From the NCBI GenBank assembly GCA_902597015.1, contig CACJWQ010000002.1, forward strand, positions 28,383 through 92,382: DNA of 64,000 bases. The letters run 5' to 3'. A model generated the notes under the pieces. The model was not told the origin of the DNA. It saw nothing but the letters and a program-made list of their open reading frames with translations, and did not search any database. This DNA comes from an uncultured Alphaproteobacteria bacterium. Its GTDB lineage: Bacteria; Pseudomonadota; Alphaproteobacteria; HIMB59; GCA-002718135. Made by a program: the position numbers and the translations under genes. How positions within the stretch are numbered: the stretch's first letter is position 1; each line of letters starts with the position of its first letter. Of this stretch, positions 28,835-38,211 are shown one piece after another.

Positions 28835-31282
28835 ATGAGTAATAAAATTCCTACTTCTTCAAAAGTAGTTGTAATAGGCGGTGGTATAGCTGGATGTTCT
28901 GTAGCTTATCATTTAGCAAAATTTGGATGGAAAGATGTGGTCTTGCTAGAAAGAGATCAATTAACTTCTGGAACTACTTGGCATGCAGCAGGACTGATTG
29001 GTCAGATTGGTGCATCAGCAACCATTACAAAACTTAGAAATTATTCGTTAAATTTATATAAAGACTTGGAAAAAGAAACAGGATTAGCAACAGGTTTAAA
29101 GCAAAATGGCTCTTTAACTATTGCAACAACTAATGATCGATTAGAAGAATTAAAAAGGCAAGCTACTTTTGCTCAAAGATTTAATATAGAAGTTAATGAA
29201 TTAGAAAAAAATCAGATTAAGGATATTTATTCTCTTATAAATACTGATGATATTGTTGGTGGAATATTTATTCCAAAAGATGGTCAAGCAGATCCTGTTG
29301 GTATAACAAATGTTCTTGCTAAATCGGCAAAAATGTATGGTGCTCAAATATTTGAACATTGTTCTGTAAATAAAATCCTTACTAAAAATGGATCAATAGA
29401 TGGTGTAGATACAAAACATGGAAAAATTAAATGTGAGTATATTGTTCTAGCATCTGGAATGTGGTCTAGGCAGATAGCAAATGATATTAACGTTAGTATA
29501 CCGCTATATCCAAATGAACACTTCTATATATTAAGTGAGCCATTAAAAGAAATTTCTAAATCACTTCCAGTTCTTAGAGATTATAATAATTGCTTATATC
29601 TAAAAGAGGATGCTGGAAAAATTTTAGTAGGAATTTTTGAGCCTAAAGCTAAACCTGCATTTACTGATACGTATAAAGTGCCCAATGATTTTTCTTTTGG
29701 AGAATTACCTGAAGATTTTGATCATTTTGAACCGCATTTAAAAAATGCTATGAAAAGAATACCAGCCCTTGAAAATGTAGGTATAAGAAAATTCTTTAAC
29801 GGTCCTGAAGCTTTTACTCCAGATACAAATTATCTTTTAGGAGAAACACCAGAAATAAAAAACTTTTATGTTTGTTGTGGATTTAATAGTATTGGTATTC
29901 AGAGTGCTGGTGGTGCAGGTAAGGTAACTGCAGAATGGATGATGAACGGTGAGGTTAATGATGATCTTTACTCCTTAGATATTTCAAGATTTGAAAAATT
30001 TCACTCTGAGACAAAATTTATAACTGAAAGAGTTACTGAGTCATTGGGAGATTTATATGCAATGCACTGGCCTTACAAACAACATAAATCTTCCAGAAAT
30101 ATTAAACTACTTCCTTTTCATAATGATTTGAAAAAAGAAGGGGCATGCTTTGGTCAAGTGGCCGGTTTTGAAAGACCAATGTGGTATGCTCTAAATGGTA
30201 AGAAACCAGAATATGAGTATAGTTATGGCTATCAAAATTGGTATGAGGCAGCAAAGTATGAAACAATAAACACAAGAAAAAACGCTGGTTTATTTGACTT
30301 AAGTGCCTTTGCTAAATTTGAAATTAAGGGAGTCTCTGCCTTCAACGATCTTCAACGATTATGCTGTAATAATATTAAAAATAATCCCGGTATTACAACT
30401 TACACGCAAATGCTTAATTCAAATGGTGGCATTGTTGCTGATTTAACAGTTACTTGTATTGATACTAATTCTTTTCGTATTGTAACGGGTTCATCTGTGA
30501 GAGAACATGATAAAAAACATATTTCAGAAAATTTAAGTAAAAACACAACTTTAATTGATATCACTGAAAGTTTAGCTTGCTTTGGTATTTTTGGTCCTAA
30601 AAGTAGAGAAATTCTAACAGAAATATTTGGAGAACATTTTTCAAACGACAAGTTTAAATTTGGAACTGCTAAAGAAATATCATTGAAAAATAATAAATTA
30701 ATCTTCCAAAGATTATCTTTTGTTGGTGAACTTGGTTGGGAAATTTATGTTCCTATAAATATATCTAGAGAAATTTATTTAGAGTTAGTTAAAGTTGGAG
30801 AAAAATATAATCTTTCACATGCTGGTGCCCATGCACTAGATATCATGAGAATGGAAAAGGGATATTTACATTGGGGTCATGATATTTCTCCAGCTGAAAA
30901 CCCTTTTGAAGCTGGATTAGAATTAACTGTTAAATTAAATAAAAAAATAGATTTTATAGGTAAAGATGCTTTAAAAATCAAGAATAGAATTAAAAAGAAA
31001 CAACTAACAAATTTTGTTTTAGAAAAATCTACACCAGGAAATCCTCTCTTATTACATGATGAGCCTATTTATTATAAAAATAAAATTGTGGGAGAAACAA
31101 CTTCTAGCAATTATTCATTTTGTTATAATAAAAATATGGTTTTTGGATATATAGATTCAGAAATAGATTTAAAAAAATTAAATGGAAGTAATTTTGAAGT
31201 TGAGGTTGCTAAAAATAAATATGTTATGTCTGTTCAATTTAATCCATTGCATGATCCTGAAAATAATTTTACAAAAATATAG
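28835..31282 (+). CDS. Dimethylglycine/sarcosine dehydrogenase family (FAD oxidoreductase + GcvT folate domain)
   Basis: 815 aa. VVVIGGGIAGCSVAYHLAK, TSGTTWHAAGL (covalent-FAD His context) and a C-terminal aminomethyltransferase-like domain. Confidence 0.87.
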   Translation: MSNKIPTSSKVVVIGGGIAGCSVAYHLAKFGWKDVVLLERDQLTSGTTWHAAGLIGQIGASATITKLRNYSLNLYKDLEKETGLATGLKQNGSLTIATTNDRLEELKRQATFAQRFNIEVNELEKNQIKDIYSLINTDDIVGGIFIPKDGQADPVGITNVLAKSAKMYGAQIFEHCSVNKILTKNGSIDGVDTKHGKIKCEYIVLASGMWSRQIANDINVSIPLYPNEHFYILSEPLKEISKSLPVLRDYNNCLYLKEDAGKILVGIFEPKAKPAFTDTYKVPNDFSFGELPEDFDHFEPHLKNAMKRIPALENVGIRKFFNGPEAFTPDTNYLLGETPEIKNFYVCCGFNSIGIQSAGGAGKVTAEWMMNGEVNDDLYSLDISRFEKFHSETKFITERVTESLGDLYAMHWPYKQHKSSRNIKLLPFHNDLKKEGACFGQVAGFERPMWYALNGKKPEYEYSYGYQNWYEAAKYETINTRKNAGLFDLSAFAKFEIKGVSAFNDLQRLCCNNIKNNPGITTYTQMLNSNGGIVADLTVTCIDTNSFRIVTGSSVREHDKKHISENLSKNTTLIDITESLACFGIFGPKSREILTEIFGEHFSNDKFKFGTAKEISLKNNKLIFQRLSFVGELGWEIYVPINISREIYLELVKVGEKYNLSHAGAHALDIMRMEKGYLHWGHDISPAENPFEAGLELTVKLNKKIDFIGKDALKIKNRIKKKQLTNFVLEKSTPGNPLLLHDEPIYYKNKIVGETTSSNYSFCYNKNMVFGYIDSEIDLKKLNGSNFEVEVAKNKYVMSVQFNPLHDPENNFTKI

Positions 31283-31300
31283 TTTTTGACGATCTAATAT

Positions 31301-32179
31301 ATGAAAACAATTAGATTATTTTTTTCTATAGTAGTAATTATATTAATAATTTTATCTATCTTTATTTATATTTTTCTAAATAATTTTGAAAAAGAAAAAA
31401 TAATTAGTGATATCGAGAAGAAATTTGAAATTAAAATTAATGAAAAAAATAAAACTAAAATAAATATTTTTCCAGTTGTGAAGCTTAACACAAATTTAGA
31501 AATTAAAGATTACAAAAATAATTTATACTTTGATAATATTAGAATTGATATTTCTCAGCCCGTATTTCAAGTTTCAGGAAATTTAAATATTCTAATTGAT
31601 AATTTGAATATTAATAATATAAATTTCAGTGAAGTAAATATGAATGGAAAAGTCAATTACATTGAAAATTATCTTAAATATAGTGATAATTTAGAAAATT
31701 TATTCGACTCAATTTATAAAATTAATGGAAAAATAACTTTAGAAACAACTAATGAAGAAAAATTTCTTATTTCATTTTTAAAATTATTCTTTGAAAAATT
31801 GGAAAATCAAAAAAATCAAAAATTTGCATTTTCTGAACTTATAAATGCTTTTGGTAATGAAAGTTCTAATTTTAAAGGCGCAATAAATAAAAATAATAAT
31901 ATTTTAGAAACTAGCAACATTGAAATTAGCAATAAAAACAACAGAATTCTTATAAAAGGTGAATACAATTACAGTAATAATTTTATAGATATTATTTTAA
32001 ACTTATCTCAAAATAATGAAATATATTTAACTACTTTGATAAAAGGAAACTTAAATAATCCTAATATAAGTTTTGATAAAAATTCAAAATTTTTTCAAAA
32101 TTCAAACTCAAATGAAAATAATATAATTGAAGAAAGTGTCATTCAATTTTTAAATAATTTTTTTGATTTCAATGATTGA
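31301..32179 (+). CDS. Membrane-anchored hypothetical protein, Asn/Ile/Lys-rich (possibly AsmA-like)
   Basis: 292 aa. A single N-terminal TM helix (LFFSIVVIILIILSIFIYIFL), then low-complexity sequence. No motif recognised. Confidence 0.4.
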   Translation: MKTIRLFFSIVVIILIILSIFIYIFLNNFEKEKIISDIEKKFEIKINEKNKTKINIFPVVKLNTNLEIKDYKNNLYFDNIRIDISQPVFQVSGNLNILIDNLNINNINFSEVNMNGKVNYIENYLKYSDNLENLFDSIYKINGKITLETTNEEKFLISFLKLFFEKLENQKNQKFAFSELINAFGNESSNFKGAINKNNNILETSNIEISNKNNRILIKGEYNYSNNFIDIILNLSQNNEIYLTTLIKGNLNNPNISFDKNSKFFQNSNSNENNIIEESVIQFLNNFFDFND

Positions 32180-33110
32180 CTTATTAAATATAGTTAGCAG
32201 TGTGTTTGGATATATCCTTTTTGGATTTTTTGTAAATAAATTACAAATACTTCCAAAAAAATATATTGATTATTTTGATTTTACTGGTTTTAACATTCTT
32301 TTACCTTTAGCTTTAATTATATATTTTTGGCAAGTCTCATTTCCTCAAATTAATTCAATTGGCCTGATCATCGCATTTTTTGCTTCAGGAATTTTTATAT
32401 CCATGACTGGATTTTTAATTAGCAAACAATTTTTAAATTTTAAAACAGATGACTCTGCACTTTTTGGATTAGCTGCTTGTTTTGGTAACACAGTAGCAAT
32501 GGGAATACCTCTTATGTATGCAGTTTTGGGTCCAATAAATACAATTCCTTATATGATATTAGTTTTTTTTCATGGTATTGTTCATTTTAGCTATACTGTT
32601 ATTATAATAGAAGTTTATAGAAATAGACAAAAAAGCATTGTCGAAATTTTTTATCAAATATTATTAGGTATAATTAAAAATATTGTACTTTTTGGAATGA
32701 TAATTGGTATCATTCTTAATTACTCTAATCTTATTGTTCCATCTATTATGAAGCAGCCCTTAGATATTTTTATAAGCCTTGCTCTTCCAATGGTTCTCAT
32801 TTCTTTAGGCCTTGCATTAGGAAATTTTAAAATTAGAGAAAATATTTATGGCGCAATACTATTGACTATATTAAAAAATTTTGTTCACCCTATAATTGCA
32901 TTTTGTTTAGCGAATTTTATACTAGAGCTTGATAATCTCTTGGTAATTATTGTTACTATGGCTGCAGCTTTACCAAGTGGCTCACAATCATATTATTTTG
33001 CATATAGATATAATTCGCTAAAAGCTGTTGTTTCTTCAAATGTAGTATTAAGTACGTTTGTTAGTTTTTTTACACTATCTTTATTATTAGTATTTTTTGA
33101 TGTTACGTAG
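32163..33110 (+). CDS. Auxin efflux carrier (AEC) family transporter
   Basis: 315 aa, about 10 TM helices, with a layout and C-terminal LPSGSQSYYFA-type segment typical of Mem_trans/AEC proteins. Confidence 0.75.
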   Translation: MISMIDLLNIVSSVFGYILFGFFVNKLQILPKKYIDYFDFTGFNILLPLALIIYFWQVSFPQINSIGLIIAFFASGIFISMTGFLISKQFLNFKTDDSALFGLAACFGNTVAMGIPLMYAVLGPINTIPYMILVFFHGIVHFSYTVIIIEVYRNRQKSIVEIFYQILLGIIKNIVLFGMIIGIILNYSNLIVPSIMKQPLDIFISLALPMVLISLGLALGNFKIRENIYGAILLTILKNFVHPIIAFCLANFILELDNLLVIIVTMAAALPSGSQSYYFAYRYNSLKAVVSSNVVLSTFVSFFTLSLLLVFFDVT

Positions 33111-33657
33111 ATTGAGAAATAAACGATTGTATTCTTTCTTTCTTATCCATAGTTTTAACACTAAAAGGAAAAATCTCTAACATCTTATCATATACATCAA
33201 TTGCCTGTTGAAACTGGCCTTGATGAATAAAAATTAGACCCATTCCATCTAGGGCACCAAAATGTCTTGGTTCTAATTCAAGAGTTTTAATAATGTCTTG
33301 CATTGATTGATCAAAATTACCCATCATAAAATGAACTGTTGCTCTCTTATTCCAACCCTCTGCAAAATTAGGATCTTCTTCAATTAAATTATTAAAAAAT
33401 CTAATTGCTAGTGGATAATTTCTCAAATTCATAGCTTGAATACCTTTCTCAAAATATTCAATTACTTTTGGATCATCAACTTCATACCAAATATTCCAAA
33501 TGTCAGATATCAAATCTCTGATTTCATCCTGATTTTCAGTCTCATTTAATTTTTTAAACAAATTATTTAGCCGTGGATCATTTTGATCTGCTAATGCTAT
33601 CTTACTAGCAAACAAAAGACTTATACTGACAATTAATATTTTAAAGAAAACTCTCAT
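33103..33657 (-). CDS. Periplasmic TPR-repeat protein
   Basis: Start placed at the internal Met that begins a signal peptide (MRVFFKILIVSISLLFASKIALA); the ORF track extends to 33696. TPR-like repeats are present (AEGWNKRATVHFMMGNFDQSMQDIIKTLELEP). Confidence 0.68.
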   Translation of the reverse strand: MRVFFKILIVSISLLFASKIALADQNDPRLNNLFKKLNETENQDEIRDLISDIWNIWYEVDDPKVIEYFEKGIQAMNLRNYPLAIRFFNNLIEEDPNFAEGWNKRATVHFMMGNFDQSMQDIIKTLELEPRHFGALDGMGLIFIHQGQFQQAIDVYDKMLEIFPFSVKTMDKKERIQSFISQST

Positions 33658-33874
33658 ATTTAAATGATTTTTCGGATAGATTTCTTTTCTTTTCATGTTT
33701 TCTCGTTCTCCCTGTTACTCTAGTTCTCCATAACTTAAATGATCTAGGTTTTAGATTTGTTCTCATTATTTTTATAACCTCTGATTCGGTTACACCGTGA
33801 ATTCTTTTTATTTTTTCAAAAGAGGTTTTATCGCACCAGGCTAATTTAATAATATTATCTATATTCTCGTGCAT
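33641..33874 (-). CDS. TIGR03643/DUF2805 family small protein
   Basis: 77 aa. IIKLAWCDKTSFEKIKRIHGVTESEVIKIMRTNLKPRSFKLWRTRVTGRTRKH matches the family consensus as I recall it. Confidence 0.65.
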   Translation of the reverse strand: MHENIDNIIKLAWCDKTSFEKIKRIHGVTESEVIKIMRTNLKPRSFKLWRTRVTGRTRKHEKKRNLSEKSFKYESFL

Positions 33875-33914
33875 ATTATGAATATAGTTCTTAATTAATT
33901 AAATTCTAAAAAAA

Positions 33915-34538
33915 ATGATTGATTTGTATTCATCACCTACCCCTAATGGTCGAAAAATTAGCATTATGCTTGAAGAATTAGGTGTGGATTTTAATCCTAT
34001 TTTAATAAATTTAGATAAAAAAGAGCAGTTTAGTGAATATTTTTCAAAAATATCTCCTGCAAATAAAATTCCTGTAATTGTAGATAATGATAACAACCAA
34101 ACATTATTCGAATCCGGGGCTATCCTTCTTTATCTGGCAAAAAAATATGATAAATTTCTAAATAAAGATAAGTATTGGGAAATAATACAATGGGTTTTTT
34201 TTCAAATGGCTTACGTTGGGCCAATGCTAGGCCAAGCTCATCAATATTTATTTTATCATCCTGGTAAAAGCAAATTTGCAGAAGATAAAACAAAAGGCTA
34301 TGCACAACATATATATTCAATTTTGGATAAAAGACTCTCTAAACAAGAATATTTTTCGGATAGCTATTCAATAGCTGATATTTCAATTTGGCCTTGGACA
34401 GCTCGTTATGAAAGACATCAAATAAATTTACATGATTATCCAAATGTTTTGAGATGGTATAAAGAAATATCAACAAGACCTGCGGTTATTAAAGGATATA
34501 ATTCTTTAGGCGAATTTTGTGAAATCCCTAAACCTTAA
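33915..34538 (+). CDS. Glutathione S-transferase (YfcG/Nu-class-like)
   Basis: 207 aa. N-terminal SPTPNGRKISIMLEELG and ESGAILLYLA motifs. Confidence 0.83.
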   Translation: MIDLYSSPTPNGRKISIMLEELGVDFNPILINLDKKEQFSEYFSKISPANKIPVIVDNDNNQTLFESGAILLYLAKKYDKFLNKDKYWEIIQWVFFQMAYVGPMLGQAHQYLFYHPGKSKFAEDKTKGYAQHIYSILDKRLSKQEYFSDSYSIADISIWPWTARYERHQINLHDYPNVLRWYKEISTRPAVIKGYNSLGEFCEIPKP

Positions 34539-35143
34539 GCGTTGTAAAATAATACTGAGCCTGCGGTTATAATTAAAAGGATTGCTAAAAACCATTCAAC
34601 AATTTTTTTTAATTTTTCATTATTAAGATATTGTCTGATAACACTTCCTCCATATGCCCATATGCTAATTGAAGGAATATTGACTATTGTAGACATAATA
34701 ACCATAAATAGTGTTCCAATTATTATATTTTCATCTTTTGGATAATATAATGTTACTGCAGTTGAACAGATTACCCAAGCTTTTGGATTTACAAATTGAA
34801 ACAATATTGCTTCATGATATTTTAATGGTCTTGATCTATCTTCTGTCTTTGAAATATTTAAAGACCCAAACATTTTATATGCTAAATAAAGAATGTAGCC
34901 TGCTCCAACATATCTTAAAATATCATAAAGTATAGGATAGGTGATAAACAAAGATCCAAGACCTAGACATACGAGTGCTAATTGCAAACCATGACCAGAC
35001 GGAATGCCAAAAATATTAGGTATAGATCTTATAAATCCAAATTTTATACCTGATGCAGTTAAAATACTATTGTTTGGACCTGGAGTTACGTACATAACAA
35101 AATTATACACTGCTAAAGCAGCTATTAATTCCCATGTAATCAT
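34535..35143 (-). CDS. LysE/RhtB family amino-acid exporter
   Basis: 202 aa, 6 TM helices, with the N-terminal VTPGPNN motif. Confidence 0.85.
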   Translation of the reverse strand: MITWELIAALAVYNFVMYVTPGPNNSILTASGIKFGFIRSIPNIFGIPSGHGLQLALVCLGLGSLFITYPILYDILRYVGAGYILYLAYKMFGSLNISKTEDRSRPLKYHEAILFQFVNPKAWVICSTAVTLYYPKDENIIIGTLFMVIMSTIVNIPSISIWAYGGSVIRQYLNNEKLKKIVEWFLAILLIITAGSVLFYNA

Positions 35144-35146
35144 TTT

Positions 35147-35632
35147 TTAATCTCTAAAATTTACAAATTGGACTGGTATACCTATCTTAGCATCCTCAAT
35201 AAGCTTCATTACACTTTGTAAATCATCTTTTTTCTTTCCTTCAACACGAAGTTCATTCCCATTGATCTTTACTTGAACTTTTAATTTAGAACTTTTGACA
35301 TCAGAAGTAATTTTTTTGCACAGTGATTGCTCAATTCCTTCTACTAATTCATACGTCTGACGAATTTTATTTCCCCCAGCTTTTTCCATATCATTTTTTT
35401 TTAAACATAAAGGATCAACTTTTCGTCTAACAAAATGAGTAACGAGCATGTCATTTACTTGACCAGCTTTCATTTCATCATCAGTAATAACAACTATAGT
35501 ATTTTCTTTTTTTTCAATTGAAGTATCTGATCCTTTAAAATCGTACCTAGTAGTAATTTCTCTTGTAGCATTTCCTAGTGCGTTATCAATTTCTTGATGA
35601 TCTAATCTGTTTACAATATCAAAACTAGGCAT
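35147..35632 (-). CDS. yajQ: YajQ family nucleotide-binding protein (UPF0234)
   Basis: 161 aa. MPSFDIV...EIDNA...RYDFKGS signature. Confidence 0.88.
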   Translation of the reverse strand: MPSFDIVNRLDHQEIDNALGNATREITTRYDFKGSDTSIEKKENTIVVITDDEMKAGQVNDMLVTHFVRRKVDPLCLKKNDMEKAGGNKIRQTYELVEGIEQSLCKKITSDVKSSKLKVQVKINGNELRVEGKKKDDLQSVMKLIEDAKIGIPVQFVNFRD

Positions 35633-35636
35633 TTAT

Positions 35637-36599
35637 TTAGTTTATTACATCGTCATTTATATCTGGCAACTGTTTTTTAGTGCTTAATCTTCCTAATTTT
35701 TTCATCTTTTCTACTTTTTTAGTCAAACTTCCTGAACCATCTTGCAATCTTTGTTTAGCTTCATCCATTTTTGATTTAGCTAAATCTATTGACTGATTAG
35801 CTTTTACAAACGACTCATATACACTGACTGTTTTATCATAAATATCTGATGCAGCTGATGCTATATCTTTTATTGTTTTAGATTGTTTATCAACCCGCCA
35901 CATATTTTCTACAGCTTTAAGTAAAAAGGGTAAAGTTGATGGACCAACAATAATTATTTTATTGTTCCATGAATCTTCTATAAGTTTATTTGCCTCATTA
36001 TATAAAGTAAGTAATGCTGGTTCTATTGGAACAAACATTAAAACATTATCAATTGTATTGATTCCATATATATTTGAATAATTATCTTTACTCAGACTTC
36101 TAATCGAAGTTTTTGTTGAATCCAAAAATTTTTTCAAAAATATCTTCTTTTGTTGATTGTCATTTGTATTAGAATAATCATGCCAAGAATCTAAGGACAC
36201 TTTTGAATCTATAATTATGTGTCTATTACCTGGCATATGAACAATTACATCGGGTTTTTGTAAATTGCCATCTTCATCTCTAAAAGTTTTTTGAGTTGAG
36301 TACTCTTCTCCTTCTCTTAAACCAACACTATCTAAAATATTTTTAAGTACAAATTCTCCCCAAGGACCTTGTTGAAGTGCACCACCTCTAATTAATGTAT
36401 TTTCAATTCTATCTTGAGCTAAGTTAAAATTTTGTAAAGATTGCTGAATTGATTGCATGTGATTTTTTAATGAAGTAAGATCAGTATCATCTTTTATTTC
36501 AGAACTTTTTTGTTTGCGAAGAAAAAATAAAATTGCTAAAAAACCGACTCCAGATAAAAAACCAATAATGAAAACAAATATAAGATTTTCAAACATCAC
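35637..36599 (-). CDS. rmuC: DNA recombination protein RmuC (short form)
   Basis: 320 aa. N-terminal TM/coiled coil and the PDVIVHMPGNRHIIIDSKVSL nuclease-like core. Confidence 0.83.
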   Translation of the reverse strand: MMFENLIFVFIIGFLSGVGFLAILFFLRKQKSSEIKDDTDLTSLKNHMQSIQQSLQNFNLAQDRIENTLIRGGALQQGPWGEFVLKNILDSVGLREGEEYSTQKTFRDEDGNLQKPDVIVHMPGNRHIIIDSKVSLDSWHDYSNTNDNQQKKIFLKKFLDSTKTSIRSLSKDNYSNIYGINTIDNVLMFVPIEPALLTLYNEANKLIEDSWNNKIIIVGPSTLPFLLKAVENMWRVDKQSKTIKDIASAASDIYDKTVSVYESFVKANQSIDLAKSKMDEAKQRLQDGSGSLTKKVEKMKKLGRLSTKKQLPDINDDVIN

Positions 36600-36602
36600 T
36601 AT

Positions 36603-37019
36603 TTAGATAAGATATAAATATATTAACAAATATCTAGCAATTTTCCCAATAGATACAAATATAAAAAAAAAAGTAATATTATATTTTACTGTACCTGCTG
36701 CAAATGCGATTGGATCTCCAATAATAGGTACCCATGAAAATAATAATGACCATTTTCCATACTTTTTGAAAATATCTGTAGCTTTCTGTAATAAGTATTG
36801 ATTTACTGGAAACCAAGGTTTCTTAATAAGAAAATTTACAAAGTAACCACATATCCAACTTATTAGAGATCCTAAAATATTACCTGCTGAAGCAAAAAAT
36901 AATAATAAAAATGGATTATACTTATTAGATAATAATAGTGCTGATAAATATGTCTCTGAAGCAAAAGGAAAAAAAGTACCTAAAGACAAACAAAAAATAA
37001 ATAATGATGAATAGATCAA
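36603..37019 (-). CDS. YqaA/DedA-related (SNARE-associated) membrane protein
   Basis: 138 aa, 4 TM helices, with the WVPIIGDPIAFAAG motif. Confidence 0.72.
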   Translation of the reverse strand: MIYSSLFIFCLSLGTFFPFASETYLSALLLSNKYNPFLLLFFASAGNILGSLISWICGYFVNFLIKKPWFPVNQYLLQKATDIFKKYGKWSLLFSWVPIIGDPIAFAAGTVKYNITFFFIFVSIGKIARYLLIYLYLI

Positions 37020-37068
37020 AGTATTTCTTATTGTTAATTTATGTTATTGTTATGTTACTTATCAATTT

Positions 37069-38211
37069 ATGAACGATTTTCCAAAAGAAGAATTTATTTC
37101 CAGAATTGAAAAAATAAAAATACATATTGAAAAAGAAAATATTGATGCTGTTATTATAACTTCACCGTCAAATTTTAGATATTTTACTGGACTTGATAGT
37201 AATTTTTGGGAAAGTCCTACAAGACCTTGGTATTTAATTATTTCAAAAAAAAATCCAATTAAAGCTATAATACCATCTATTGGTATTACAGCTATGCAAA
37301 ACACATTAGTCAATGATATCGAAACTTGGGAGTCTCCAAATCCGAAAGATGAAGGAATATCTTTATTGAAAAAAAACATCAAAAGTTTTCCTAAAAATTC
37401 AAATATTGGTTTTGAATTAGGAAATGAAACTTTTTTGCGAATGAGTATTAACGATTATCAGGATATTCAAAAAAATTTATCAGAATATAATTTTGTTGAT
37501 GCTAGTAAAATACTTTGGAGTATAAGAAAAATAAAATCTGAAATAGAGATCAGTAATATTAAAGAAATTTGTTCTATTACAAGTATGGTGTTTGATAATT
37601 TTCCTGAAAAAATTAATTTAGGAATGAGTGAAAAACAAATTACATCAACATTTAAAAAAGAATTAATTGAGGGTGGTGCAGATTATATTCAATATATGGC
37701 GTGTGCTTCGGGACTTAATGGTTATAATCAGATTATCTGTAACCCAACAGAAAGGGTAACTAAAGATGGTGATATTCTAATTATTGATACCGGAGCAACT
37801 TTAAATGGTTATTATTCAGATTTTGATAGAAATTTTGGCTTTGGAAGAATTAACAAACAAGTTCTAGATGCATATAATAAATTGTGGGAAGCAACTGAGA
37901 GAACTTTAGAAATTATAAAACCTGGAACTAGTTGTTCAGAAATATATTCTAAATTATCTTATAGTTTAACAGCTAACAACATATCAGTTGGAAGGATGGG
38001 TCATGGTTTAGGCTTACAACTGACTGAGCCGCCAAGTATTATGAAAAATGACAAAACATTACTTGAGGAAAATATGATTATAACTCTTGAGCCATCAATT
38101 GAAATGGACCAAAATAAAATATTAGTACAAGAAGAAAATTTATTGATAACTAAAGATTCCTATAAACTTTTGAGTACTAGAACTCCTGAAAATTTACCTA
38201 TTATTAATTAG
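37069..38211 (+). CDS. M24 family metallopeptidase (Xaa-Pro peptidase/creatinase-like)
   Basis: 380 aa. Creatinase-type N-domain plus pita-bread fold ligand positions (IIDTGATLNGYYSDFDRNF, MGHGLGL, ITLEP, QEEN). Confidence 0.85.
   Translation: MNDFPKEEFISRIEKIKIHIEKENIDAVIITSPSNFRYFTGLDSNFWESPTRPWYLIISKKNPIKAIIPSIGITAMQNTLVNDIETWESPNPKDEGISLLKKNIKSFPKNSNIGFELGNETFLRMSINDYQDIQKNLSEYNFVDASKILWSIRKIKSEIEISNIKEICSITSMVFDNFPEKINLGMSEKQITSTFKKELIEGGADYIQYMACASGLNGYNQIICNPTERVTKDGDILIIDTGATLNGYYSDFDRNFGFGRINKQVLDAYNKLWEATERTLEIIKPGTSCSEIYSKLSYSLTANNISVGRMGHGLGLQLTEPPSIMKNDKTLLEENMIITLEPSIEMDQNKILVQEENLLITKDSYKLLSTRTPENLPIIN

Noticed and set aside
31301-32179. Asn-rich repetitive protein as a possible adhesin or repeat element
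   Set aside because: The N/I/K richness matches what extreme AT bias produces in weakly constrained proteins. I found no exact nucleotide repeats by eye.
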